Positions 37,790-50,017 of a stretch of DNA of 64,000 bases are shown one piece after another. The translations under genes and the position numbers were made by a program. How positions within the stretch are numbered: the stretch's first letter is position 1; every line of letters starts with the position of its first letter. Below the pieces are notes generated by a model that saw only the letters and a list, made by a program, of their open reading frames with translations, had not been told where the DNA came from and did not search any database. Source of the stretch: Callorhinchus milii (Eukaryota); assembly GCF_018977255.1 (NCBI RefSeq), contig NW_024704742.1, forward strand, positions 61,444,001-61,508,000. The letters are read 5' to 3'.

Positions 37790-38070
37790 TAATAATAATC
37801 CTTGCATTTGATCTCGCCTTTCACATCAGGAGGATGTCTCAATGTGCCTCACAGGAATCACTGTGTTTGCAAACACAGCAACCAATTTGCAAACAACAGT
37901 GTCCCCCCGACAGCCATGAATTCATGAGACCCCCATTACTTGTACATTGCTAAGTGCAAGTTAGCTACCATGTTGGCAAATAGAACACACAATCAATACA
38001 TTTTACAGTATATCCTGTGAAGCGTCCTCCTACATGAAAGCCTCTATACCAAATGTGCGGATTGTTATAA
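37790..38070. mobile_element. Two SINE 3' fragments in opposite orientation
   Basis: aataatccttgcatttga..cagccatgaa (minus) and tttacagtatatcctgtgaagcgtcctcctacatgaaag (plus). Confidence 0.55.
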
Positions 38071-38522
38071 GGACAATTATTATTATCTAAAAGTTACACC
38101 AGAGAGTTACCATCCTGTGGCTGTCATCAGAATTGTAGTCAATATAAGTTGCGTTTTCTCCAGGAAATCCCCTCCATGGGACATTCAGAGTTGTGAGGCT
38201 CCCAGTTTATTTTGGTTCCTTGCCAGGATCTGCGTATTGTAGATGGAATTGCCTGGAGAAAACTCTGGTGGTGTGTTCTTGACAGTGCCTGCAGTAAATA
38301 GAAGGATTTGCAATTTAGAGGAAAAATTTAAAGAAATGAAGCAAGTTATACCTTAACTCTGAGAGGCTCCTGTCAACATTTAGTGGCAGGATTCCTCTGG
38401 TTATGCCCTCAACAAGATTTGGTTGTGATGCCTGCACAGCGGTAACCAGATAATGAAAAGAAGCTGGTGTCTGCTGCAGGATGAATGACGGCTATTTCCC
38501 AGTGTCACTGCTAAGGACTTTA

Positions 38523-38826
38523 AGAGTGCTGTAGCTCAGTGGTTAAAGCCTTGCAAGCGAGATATTTGGGTTCGATTCCCAGCAGGGTGAAACCTTGGAC
38601 AAGTTTCCTTACTCCACACGCCTGATAATAATCCCTCAAGAAAAAAACAATAAAATTGGTCACTTCAATCTACGACTGTTTGTGGGACACTGCTGTGCTG
38701 CCTTTTGCCCACAAATATATAGTTAATTTACTTTACAGTATGTTCTGTGAAGCGCTTTGAGACATTTAGAAGACGTGAGAAGTGTTATATCAAATGCAAG
38801 GATTATTTATTATTATTATTATTATA
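38523..38826 (+). mobile_element. tRNA-Ala SINE, intermediate subfamily
   Basis: gtagctcagtggtt..ggttcgattccc..ctccacacgcctgataataatccc; tail gagacatttagaagacgtga. Confidence 0.85.
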
Positions 38827-38874
38827 TATTATATTACAGCAGGTTTCTCTGGCATCCACACAGCAATGATATAA

Positions 38875-39145
38875 TAATATCAATAATCATAATCCTTGCT
38901 TTTGATATAACCCCTTCCACATCACAAGGATGTCGCAAAGCACTCTGCAGGTTCACTGCAAAGTGTAATGACTGCATTTTTGTAAGCAGACATAGCAGCC
39001 AATTTCCACACATCAATAACACAATAATAACAATATTGATAATAATCCTTGCATTTGATTTAGCGTCTTATCACGTCTTCAAGACATCTTGAATCGCAGA
39101 ATATACTGTAAAGTGAATTGACTGTATATCTTGTGGGCAAACCGC
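38875..39145 (-). mobile_element. Two tandem SINE 3' fragments
   Basis: aatccttgcttttgatata at ~38891 and aatccttgcatttga at ~39044. Confidence 0.65.
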
Positions 39146-41427
39146 TGAATCATATTTTAGACCCTGATGCTCTCAAACAATAAGTTTCCTGGTTATTTTT
39201 TTAAGGGATCACAGCTATACAACATTAACCATTTTTTTTTCTGTAGCACATATCCACTAATCTGTGGGAACATAATTCCTTCTAATCTTCATTTCCATTT
39301 GAGGATTTTTAATTTTTTACCCTCTCGATCTGCTCTTAAGGCTAGTTAAATGTATTTGCTTATATCCATCCTGTGTATGCGTCACATCATTTTTAAAGAT
39401 TTAGATCACCTTCAGTGTGTTACAGAACACTGTTAACGCCCAGTCTGAACACACACTGATCGCTAAAAATAGCAGTCCTTTTGGCTAAATCTTTGTAATA
39501 GGATTTAGTGAAAAGCTCACTATTTTTGGACATCAGCATACATTTGATTCCTAAGAGTTAAAACCCTTGATAGACTATATGTATAAAATTCAAGCTGCTC
39601 CATTTCCTCAGAAGTCATATTTAATTTCTGGGTCTTTAGTTTATTGGGATCTGATAAAATTAAAGCAATTGACCTGAATAGGACTGAAAGGATTGATCTT
39701 AAAAGAGCCAGCTCAGACACAATGCACTGAATGGCCTTCTTCTGTGCTGCAAATTGTTATGTTTTTATGATTCTATGACCTGTAGCTTTCTATACATAAA
39801 GAAAAACTCATTTTGTGTGTGTCAAACTGTCAGATTGCATCGAAAAAGCTTGAATGGCATCCCTGTAGGGTAAATGATTTTCAGCTGATTTGCATAGAGA
39901 GCAGACTGAGCACACTCTGACTAAACCATTTTTATACAAAATGAGTTTCACTACATGAACAAGGTAGAAAAATCTTTTACAGTTTCCAAAAAGAGATGGA
40001 TAAGAGTAAAAGAAGCGCTTGTGCAATTGTCTACAAACTAATACAGTGATTACACTTTACAGTAAATCCTGTGAAGAGTTTTGAGGTGATTGAGCTTTAT
40101 CGAACTCATATTTTCTTATATAGTTTGGGACACGACATGTCATGCGACTGCCAGGATGGTGGAAGGTGCACTGGATGGACCTTGGTATTGTTTTGCCAAG
40201 CAAACTCTTATGTTCTTATGCTCTCCCAACTTGAAAGGCCTTCTTCTGTGCCATAAATTTCTATGGTTCTAATGTTGTGACTTTATTTTGTAGGCAAGCG
40301 CTGCAGCCAAGTTGCACATAGCAATGTCTGAAAAACAAACATGAAGCCTCATTGTCTCCTCCTGTTCCATTATGGCCACCTTGTCATTCTCCTTCAAGAG
40401 CAGGGTCAAACCCCTGTCAGTGCCAAGATGCAGAGCATGCATCATACAGAAATTAGTTTTGAGGCAATTTTGAGGTAGTAATGCAACTCCCTCCTGAACC
40501 GAAGTCTTTGAATATAAGATGGTAGGACATTCCTAGAGGGAACTTAAAGAGCTACACATTAGCAGTTGATTTCCCCCTGCATACATGGAAACCCATTTAT
40601 GTATATATAATACCATAAAGTCTGAGCCTATCTCTTGTGGGATAAATGACTTTTAGAGCAGAGCATTCGGTACTTCATGGATAAACCCTCAGGCAACAAA
40701 ACTCCTGCCTCCAGAAATATTCCCTGATGGATCCTAGAAAGAGATATTTGCATTGGAATTAAGGCTACCATTCACTGCTGGAGGCAATACTGTCCCTTTG
40801 TGTCAGTCTATATCCGCAGCATTTATTGCATCACTTGAGGCATTGTTCTTCATTCAGGTCCAGACTAGTTTATCCTATTTCTAAAATGATTACTGCCAGG
40901 GTAATACCTATCCTCCTTAGGTGGCTGTGATGCAGATGTCATTGCCTTGCCTGCTGCTGAAATTCCAACCTGAAAAATGCATCAATGTGTCCAACAACAG
41001 CTGTCGATCTGATCTTGCACTTCCTGAACCACAAACAATCCTGCCTCACATACACAGGGAACACAGCATCCAACGGCATTCCAACACATCTCAATAAAGT
41101 TTTTTTACCAAGGCCGCAACATCACAATGAATGACGAATTTTAGACCTAAAGATCAATTAACATTCCTACTTGACTTTTTAAATAGTTCGGGCACAGACT
41201 TTTTCCAACACCGTGATAACACACAAAAATTATCTGATGTTCCATAATGCTATTGACCTAAATTCATTAACCATGATCCATGGCACATTATGATCGATAA
41301 GTTTCATAATGGGCAGCTGCTTCCCCATTAACTCTGTGATTAGTTGTATCAGTCACTCTATGGGCTGGAACACAAGGCCTTGTCAGGAATTTATAGGGTA
41401 TATTGACACGGGGGAAGGAAAGCTAAA

Positions 41428-42020
41428 TAACAACAACAAAATTACATTTGTATAGCGCCTTTCACATCAGGAGGACGTCTCAAGACGCTGGACAGTCATT
41501 GTTTCGGACCCGAGTTGGGGGTCGGGCTCGGGGAGGGTGGAGGGCAGGGGGGAAAGCAGAGTGATTGAAAGCACGGTCAAAGAGGAGAGTCTTGAGATAG
41601 GTCTTGAAGGAGGCAAGGGAGGGAGCGAGGCGGAGGGACTGCGGGATGGAGTTCCAGAGTGTGGAGACAACATGGCAGAAGGCGCACCCGCCAATGGTGG
41701 GGCGGGCGAGGCGGGGGGCGTGAAGCAGGCCGGAGCCCGCTGAGTGGAGGGGGCGGGCAGGATGGTAGGGGGTTAGGAGGTCACAGAGGTAGAGGGGGAG
41801 CAAGGCCTTGGAGGGCTTTGAAGGTGAGGACCAAGATCTTGAAGTGTACCCTCTGTATGATGGGAAGCCAGTGGATTTGGACAAGGAAGGTCATGATAGG
41901 GTCACGAAGCCCGGTGCGGGAGAGAACACGGGCTGCAGAGTTCTGGATGATCTGCAATCTATGGAGGGAGGAGTTGGGGAGGCCGACAAGCAAGGAGTTT
42001 GCTTAGTCAAGTCTTGATGT
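41428..42020 (-). mobile_element. L2 LINE 3' ~590 bp (type A)
   Basis: GLPNSSLHRLQIIQNSAARVL..LWNSIP..SFKTYLKTLLFDRAF; tail (caa)n aattacatttgtatagcgcctttcac. Confidence 0.9.
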
Positions 42021-43579
42021 TATCAATGAATATAAACCACCAATGTACATAAATAAATGAAAACCATTTGGGATGCACATCCAAAATATGGTGGAAATTG
42101 ATCCACACACGATTTCAATATTTCAATGCTGTGGGGAATTTTAACTCCTCCCCCACCTCCCCCAGCCCATCTGAGAACAGGACTATTTAAATGCATGGAG
42201 GAGATGAAAGATTGGCACAGACACAAACAGGATGAGCAGAACAGCCTGCTTCTGTGCAGTAAATCTCTATGGTGCTATTGACAATTCAGCTGTGATATTA
42301 CATTGCCCTTACTCTTGACAACCTACTCTTCAGAATTAGGTACAATACAATACAAAATGACATTTCCACAGCGCCTTTCAAGTCTAGAAGATGTCCCAAG
42401 GCACTGGGTAAGCAGGATGCAGGGTGCATCTTTCCGGGGAGAGTACACATTCCATTCTAAACACAACAAAATGTCCATGTGTAGGTGGCATACAAAAGTT
42501 AAACTCTCAGTCTGGTTTGGATACTGTTAAACATGATAGTGAGTTTTCATGTGTCAGACATCTGGCTAACCAAAACAAAATTAACTATTTGTAAATCCAT
42601 TTATGTAACCTTGCAATTTAGAGCTCTTTTGCCTAACCAGATCTGTAGTCTGGCCGCCCACTCCACAACAGCGGACCAGACACCGACACAGATGCTTCCT
42701 TCCTCCAACCCCCCCACCTGACACAAACATACTCCCCTTCCCCCCCACACACATATCACTCCCCCTCCACATACACCCACACCCTTCCTCGACACACACA
42801 TACACATGTTCTGTTAATACCGGTTGTCTGGAGTTTAATGATTTTTTGCTTTATCTAAAAACTTTCCAAGATCCATCTGGCAACTTTCACTGATTGGCAT
42901 TTGGCAACAACAACAAAATTAGTTTGTATAGCGCCTTTCATGTCAGGAGGACATCCTAATCTGGTTTTCTCTCTCTCTCCCTCTGCGTCTCTCCCCACAT
43001 TGGCTCAAGAAGGGTGGAAGTGACACAGATTACCAAAGTCACCAGGATGTCACCAGATTTCATTAAAAGATGCAATTTTGTGACTCGTGGGATTTACGGA
43101 CCTAAAAAAGTCACTACAACCAGCAACAAAATTGTTAAATTGGCAACACTGGCCCCAGAGTATCTCCACAGCCACCCACATCACGTGAGATGTACAACTG
43201 CTCTTGGCCAGCTTTAGCGTTAATACAGTGCTGTTCGTGCAAAGTGACAGAACAAACTCAAGACTACTCTTAATCACTGATCCAGTCACAATATACCGAC
43301 AATTTTTTTATAATAATTTTTCTGGACATCTCAAGTGATTTTCATTTATAGTGAAAAATGTTTACTGTCTGTGTAAGGCTTGTGAAAAAAGTGTTTTCTC
43401 AAATGTGGGATGTCAAATCTACGGAAATAAATGAAAATTATTTGAGATGTGCATATATCTATGTTTCGTTTATTTTTCACATGATTATTTTTAAGAAAGA
43501 CTAGCACTGCCATCCACCAGTAAGTGAAATTTTTGTGTGAGAACAACTAGAATCTTATTATCTTGGGATTGTAGAGTGC

Positions 43580-43690
43580 CACCTCTCCACTCTCCCCGGC
43601 TCGGAGTTAGGCTCCGCCACAGTTAAGCGCTCTGAGATGCTACCCGGCGAGGAAGGCATTACATAAGTGCAAGTTATTGTTGTTGTTGCA
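43580..43690 (+). mobile_element. L2 tail (type B)
   Basis: ctccgccacagttaagcgctctgagatgctacccggcgaggaaggc..gcaagttattgttgttg. Confidence 0.7.
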
Positions 43691-43752
43691 TCTCATCAGA
43701 TCCTAGCCTTCTGTAGGCACTGCATTCTTTAGCATATCCTTAACTAACCTCA

Positions 43753-43878
43753 ATCATAGAATCATAGAATTATATAGCACGGAAGGATGCCATTCAGCCC
43801 ATTGTATCTGTGCCAGCTCTTTTAAAGGAGCTACCCAAATCAATCCCGCTCCCCCACTCTCTCCGCATAGCCCTGTAG
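43753..43878 (-). mobile_element. CR1 3' end
   Basis: (aatcatag)x2 aattatatagcacggaaggatgccattcagccc..catagccctg. Confidence 0.75.
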
Positions 43879-44627
43879 CAATGTCATTGATTTCTCTCTC
43901 GTTTCACCAGGAGCTTAAATGTACCATAATTTTTATTTTAAAAATTCACAAGACACCTTTTTATTCCCCTTTCAAGAACCTACTGTTATCTTTTTGAAGG
44001 ATCTTTCTGGTCTTTAATGTTCAAACTACTTCTTAAATAACTAAGTGAAAGTTCTTCGGATCATTCCAGTCAATGTGTTAAGCTGACTCCTTTGATAATG
44101 CTGCAGTGGTTTCTTATTCATAATCCATTTTTCCATTGTCTTCTTTACCTCTTCAAATACTCACCAGGAATGAAACTAATCCCTACTCAATGTAAAGACA
44201 GACAGCCAAGGATGAACTGGCAGGTACAAAATTCAGGTCATTTTTTNCTGGTTCAGTAATTCACTGACACATCTCCATGAGGCACTTTTTGTACTGTCAT
44301 AATGAATAACATTTCCTCCTGAATAAAATGTAATTTCAATGGTTTTATCTATATTGCTGGGGAAATATTTCATATATAATGTACCACTCCCTGGAGTTGT
44401 GTTACCTTTAAAACTAGTTCAAATAATAATTGTGTTTCATTCAAGACTATTCAAATCTTATTTCATACATTTAAGAATACTTAATATTGATATATGTAAA
44501 CCACAATTCAGGACTATGAATTCCAGTTGACAAAGCTATGGAAAACTGGCGTCCAAATTAAGATTGAATTGAAGAATAGGATAACATTTGTGGAATTCCA
44601 TTATTATCACTGATTTAAACTACCATC

Positions 44628-45065
44628 ATAATAATAATCCTTCCATTTGTTTTAACACCTTTCACATCAGGTGGACATCCCAAAGCGCTTCACAAAATAT
44701 ACTGTAAAGTGGAGTGGAATCCCAAGCACCTGCCAATATGAGCACCGCAAAGAGCCACAAGTAGCCATGCAGTAAATGACCAATTTTATTTGTGGATTGT
44801 TGGCCAGGATATTGGGAGAAACTCTCGCCTCTTTTTTAATAGTGCGATGGGATCTTTAACAATCATCTGAACAACCAGCCCGGACCTCATTTTAACATTT
44901 CATCCAAAGGATGGCTCCTCCAACAATGCAGCACATTCCAGTGCTGCAATGGAGTGCGTGCTTAGACTATATGAGTTCCAAGTCTGGACATAGGAGTTGA
45001 ACCTATAACCTGTATAACCTTCTGACTCAGAGGCAAGAGCGCTACCAATTGTGCCAGGCTGACAC
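44628..45065 (-). mobile_element. Deu-domain SINE, full length
   Basis: atagtgcgatgggatctttaac..tttcatccaaaggatggctcctcc..ttctgactcagaggcaagagcgctaccaattgtgccaggctgacac. Confidence 0.85.
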
Positions 45066-45149
45066 ACATTTATTATTCGCCAGGACACCAACATTGTCTA
45101 AGGAATTTTTTTTGCATTTTACTACTGTTCTGGAGGTTGTTGAGCTTCA

Positions 45150-45410
45150 CAGATCACCATCCAAATCACATTCAAATCCCTTCATGGCCTCACCCTACTC
45201 TGTGACCTTCTGCAACCTGAGTGTCTGCTTCCCTCAGCGAACACCATCCTGCATTATGTCCTGCTCTGTTCATCCTGACGTCAATGGACAAGCTTTCAGA
45301 CATTCCCACTCTCTGGAACTGTATCCAAGAGAACCTCCAATTCCCTTCCATTACCAAAGCCCAACTCAAAACTTTCATTTTTGACCATGCCTTTGGTCAT
45401 CTTTTAGCCT
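45150..45410 (+). mobile_element. L2 3' fragment
   Basis: ttcaaatcccttcatggcct..ctctggaact..aaaactttcatttttgaccatgcctttgg. Confidence 0.65.
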
Positions 45411-45894
45411 GAGTTTGTGTCTGAATAATATGTATATTAGGCAGTGCCTTATGTTAAAAACTTTTAACAAAGACTTTGCTTGTGTAATCTATTTGGTCTC
45501 GATCAGAAGTTAGTCTGTTGTTTTAACGAAGTTAGTCTGCTCTTGTAAAAGCTATTTTAAATTAGCCTGGGGAGGAAACTAAGATTTTTTATTATAAAGT
45601 GTTGGAAATACACGTTTAAGAAAGGTACCCCCTATACCAGATCATGCTAAGTTAGGAGTGATTGTTTCTTTAATCAGCGCCTACTTCACAAAGAATTTTG
45701 GCCCAGGTAGTGCCATGCTCATTAACAGACCAATGATATATTTAGCATACCGAAAACTGCTCTATAGTGCAGTACTTACAATCTGTGTTGGCAAAATCAA
45801 ATATTGTTTTCATTTTTAATATCACACCAAATTCAAGCCTGCCAATTAGTTATCTGAATGTGTTTATTATTGGTTGTGGAATTTTAGTAACAAT

Positions 45895-46080
45895 AACAAA
45901 CAATAATAAATTGGTCACTTCAATCCATGACTGTTTGTGGGACACTGCTGTGCGCGATGGGCTGCCGCGTTTTGACACAAATATACAGTCAATTCACTTT
46001 ACAGTATATTCTGTGAAGCGCTTTGAGACGTCTAGAAGATGTGAAAAGCGCTATATCAAATGCAAGGATTATTATTTATT
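45895..46080 (+). mobile_element. 5'-truncated Ala-SINE (intermediate tail)
   Basis: aataaattggtcacttcaatccatgactg..gagacgtctagaagatgtgaaaagcgc. Confidence 0.85.
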
Positions 46081-46459
46081 TTGATAAATAGGATTCATTT
46101 GCACCTTACATTTGCCTGTTCGGGAGAGTGTTAAAGATCCCCCAGCACTGTTACAAAAAAGAAGGGAGTTTCTCTTAGAATATGGGTCAATGATCCTCTG
46201 GGTTAAGAACTTCATGAGTTCTTGTGCACAAATTGACTGTCACATTCATTTATAAATAAATAATTCTCTGTGAAGTTCTTATGTTGTTTGATATGTTTTC
46301 GATATACTACCCCATATGAAGGGTGCTATATAAATGCAAGCTATTGTTGTTTCGACATTATGGGCGTTATATCAAAGGCATGAATTATTATTCTTGTTAT
46401 TTGTCCATGACCTCTTCTGTGCCAAATGAAATTGAAAACTTATACCAAGAAGAAGAATT

Positions 46460-46842
46460 TTTGCGTTTGACATAGTGCCTTTCACATCCACAGTATGTCT
46501 CAAAGCATTCATAGGATTCAATAATTGAGTATTTGTAGGTGAACGGTGCAGCCAATTTGTGCACATCAATGTCCCCCAACCAGTCATGAATTGAATGACC
46601 AATTTTTATCAGGAGGATTGTTGACCAGAACATTTGCCTACAACTGCACACTCCACTACACATAACAGAAAAATGCTTTGAGACATGCTCTCAATGAGAA
46701 AAGGCAGGAATTATTATTATTATTAGGATACTGGGAGAAACTCCCTTTTATTTTCAAACAGCACCATGAGACTTTAGGGTTTGAACCTACAAACAGCTGA
46801 CACAAAGGGGAGAGTGCTATCAACTAAGCCAGGCTGACACTT
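46460..46842 (-). mobile_element. Deu-SINE, fragmented
   Basis: gcagccaatttgtgcac..gactttagggtttgaacctac..gagagtgctatcaactaagccaggctgacac. Confidence 0.6.
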
Positions 46843-47249
46843 AATCTGTTTGTGCATACTGCAGTGTTCTGTAAACATTGAATCTATTTAAATATTTTAA
46901 CATACATGCCTTAACATACATTTTTGTAAAAATTATGAAACACGATGCATGGTGAAGCTGCAGGACTTAAGCAGAAAAATCTCATAAGAAATGTTGCACG
47001 TTGCAAAAAGGCATTGGATCATATTTCAGATGTTATCGTCAACTGAATCTCAGTGAGCATTAAGTTGCTTCCATGTATTAAATAAAAACAGAGGCTGGAG
47101 GACAGAGACTATTTATCAGTGCAGAGAAGTGATTGCTGAATACTCATGGGGATTTCTATGTTTATTGCTGTTTCAATCCTTGGATTGCTATGCCCATAAA
47201 AGATCCTCCTTTCTGTGATCACGTCTGGAGTCCAACAGGGACTCCAGCC

Positions 47250-47905
47250 AGGGTTTTTTGCAACATGGCTGTTCCAGCTGAATGTTGGCTAGATGGAAGC
47301 CATACTCTTTGGCACCCATCAAAGTCTTCTTTCCTGTGGGTCTGAACTCCTCAACCTCCCCGGGGTCTCCCTCAGACTCACTGAACCCGTGCTCAACTTA
47401 GGCAGCAGGTTCAACCCCCAGCTTTTCTTTCTTCCCCTCATCCGTTGGCTGACCAGGACCACCTCACCTCCGTCATATTGCATGCCTCCATTCTCACAAA
47501 TCTCACAATCAAGGCAACTAAAACCCTTGTCCACACCTTCATCACTTCCTGGCTGGACTATTCCAATGCCCTCCTCGCTGGTCTCCCCAGCTCCATCATA
47601 TAAAACACAACTGATTCAGAACTCCGCCGCCCAACACTCCCCCACATAAAACTCCATACCCCCATCACCAGTCCTTGCCAGGCTTAACTGGCTTCCAATT
47701 ACTGAACGAACGGATCAGTTTCAAGATCCTCTCACTCGCTTTCAAATCCCTTCATGCCCTCGCACCTCCCGACCTATCCGACCTGGGACACTGTGTGTAA
47801 TCAGTTGTGATCATGCTCGGGCCCCAACAGCTGACTGTTCAGCGCTTTGGGACATCCTCCCGACATGAAAGGCGCTCTATAAATGTAATTTTGTTGTTGT
47901 TGCTG
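47250..47905 (+). mobile_element. L2 fragment(s): ORF2 C-terminus joined to a type-A tail
   Basis: EAILFGT..NLGSRFNPQL..QNSAA; tail gcgctttgggacatcctcccgacatgaaaggcgctctataaatgtaattttgttg. Confidence 0.8.
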
Positions 47906-48354
47906 TTAGTAGTTGTTGCTAGATGTAGATGCTCCTCTCTCCTAAAATGACTAATTTGGTATGTTTTCATTAACTTGACTCAACATGTCAAGTACAAATA
48001 TTATATTTTTTGCCTGTAACTGTCATAGAAGTACAGGGACTTTACAGAAGGGGGTCATTTAATCTGCACTGATTTTCAGAGCAAGCTGCACTTTCAATGC
48101 CACTGCCTTGCTTTATTCCCATACCCCTTCAAACCTCTAACTTTGGTATACCCATCTATCCATTCACAATGGACTCTGCCTCTACTACCTTACTTATCAG
48201 GGTAATCTACATCCCAACAGATTTCAGAATAAAACAATTCTCTTAAAAAAAAGTCTTTTTTTAACCTTTGTTCTGTACATGTGTGGGAACATGTGTTGTC
48301 CCACACATTGGCTGCCTCATTTGTCTACAGAATACACAGTCACTGCACGGTAAC

Positions 48355-48483
48355 ACAGTGTGTGTGTATGTTTGCGTGCATCTGTGTTTCTGTGCATGAA
48401 TGTGTATGGTGTGTATGTAGGCCTGCATATATGTGTATGCGTGTGTGCATGCCTCTGTGTGTATATGTTTGTGTGTGTGTGTC
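48355..48483. repeat. Degenerate (TG)n microsatellite
   Basis: gtgtgtgtgtatg.. run. Confidence 0.8.
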
Positions 48484-49081
48484 CTCTAATATATTCCACA
48501 AATCTCACAGAAATAACAAGCAGAAGCAGGGTTGGAGAGGAAATCAATAAAAATGCATAACCTCCACAATCTTGCAGCCAAATTGCTTTGTTGCTGGTGC
48601 TAACCTTACGTTAGAAGGTGCCATTCTGTAATTAGAAATGTGCAGAAGAGATTGCAGGAGACTTTCCAACTGTCTCCCATGTAAAATGATTGTTGTTGCA
48701 TAATTGAGTCTGACTGGGAAGCTGGGAGATGAGTCATAGTCAGCTTCACAAGTGGAGTTAAACCATTCTTATCACTTTATTTATAATACTGCATTCATGC
48801 GTTTCCTGTCAAGTTAATTTTAATGGTTTTTTTGTAAAGGTGTTAGCAGGATCCAAAATAAACCATCTTGTGAACCTCTTGCAGTAACAGTTTTCTCCCT
48901 TTATTTCCTCTTGTGCTCTTCTGAAGGTATTGACACAGTAGGGCTGGTATCCTGGAAGTGTGTTTCTTTCTGAAAATCTGCTGAACATTATAAAGTTTGA
49001 CCCAGGTCTAATTACTAAGCACATGCACTTTCTCTACTTTGGTATTCAACAAAAGTATTTTATTGTAAAACAAAATTATAC

Positions 49082-49314
49082 AATAATAATAATCCTTGCA
49101 TTTAATATAGCGTTTTTCATGTCTTTGAGACGTCTCAAAGTGCTTCACAGAATATACTGTAAAGTGAGTTGACTGTATATTTGTGGGCGAAACGTGGCAG
49201 CCAATCGCGCACAGCAGTGTCCCACAAACAGTCGTGGATTGAAGTGACCAATTTATTATTGTTTTTTTTCTTGAGGGATTATTATCAGGCGTGTGGAGTA
49301 AGGGAACTTGCCCA
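49082..49314 (-). mobile_element. 5'-truncated Ala-SINE (intermediate subfamily)
   Basis: gattattatcaggcgtgtggagtaagggaacttgccca; body matches other copies. Confidence 0.85.
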
Positions 49315-49348
49315 GTGTTTCCCAACATGAAAGGATCTAAATCAAATA

Positions 49349-49707
49349 TAATAATAATAATAATAATAATCCTTGCATTTGATATAGCACTTTATCACGT
49401 CAACCTCAAAATGCTTCACAGGACACACTGTGTGATTTTATATTTTGTGGGTGCAAAGCGGCTGCCAATTGTTCACAGCAGTGTCCCACGAACAGTCGTG
49501 GATTTAATGACCAAATTATTATTATTTTGTAAAGTTTTCTTTTGAAGGGAAGGTGTCTGCCAATCGACGAACAACTAGGTTCCTACTTAGTAGGTAAACA
49601 GGCGTGTGGAGTAAGGAAAATTGCCTAAGGCTTCGCCCACCCTGGATTTGAACCTGGGTCCTCTCGCTTGAGAGACATGTACTCTAACCACTATGCTATG
49701 GGACTCC
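49349..49707 (-). mobile_element. Older Ala-SINE (long subfamily)
   Basis: ggttcctacttagtaggtaaacaggcgtgtggag..ttgaacctgggtcctctcgcttg..ctctaaccactatgctatgggactcc. Confidence 0.85.
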
Positions 49708-49968
49708 ACAATAAGAATATTTGAGGATACTGAAACCAATTATACTGACTCCCAGCATGGAAACAGGATGTGAGAATGTGACCTCTTCTCAGGGGAGTTG
49801 AAATGATCAGGTGGCGTTTCAAATCCGATTAGAATTGGGAGGTGAGGTGGTGGGGATGGGTGCGGAGAGAAGAGAGAGAGAGACATGTGTGTGCGGGGTG
49901 GGAGAGGTGTTGCGAATAGTGTCGGACAAGTCTTTCGGCCATGCCTGCGTCTTTCTTGTTGAGGCATG

Positions 49969-50014
<46 letters not shown>

Positions 50015-50017
50015 GAG
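49969..50017. repeat. (GA)n microsatellite
   Basis: gagagagaga.. run. Confidence 0.9.

Noticed and set aside
40471..40490. let-7 family miRNA (tgaggtagta)
   Set aside because: Only 10 nt match; the rest of the mature sequence and a complementary arm are absent
42860..43152. hAT MITE from atctggcaac and ttggcaacactg termini
   Set aside because: Only right-end-like motifs seen; no paired left TIR or TSD
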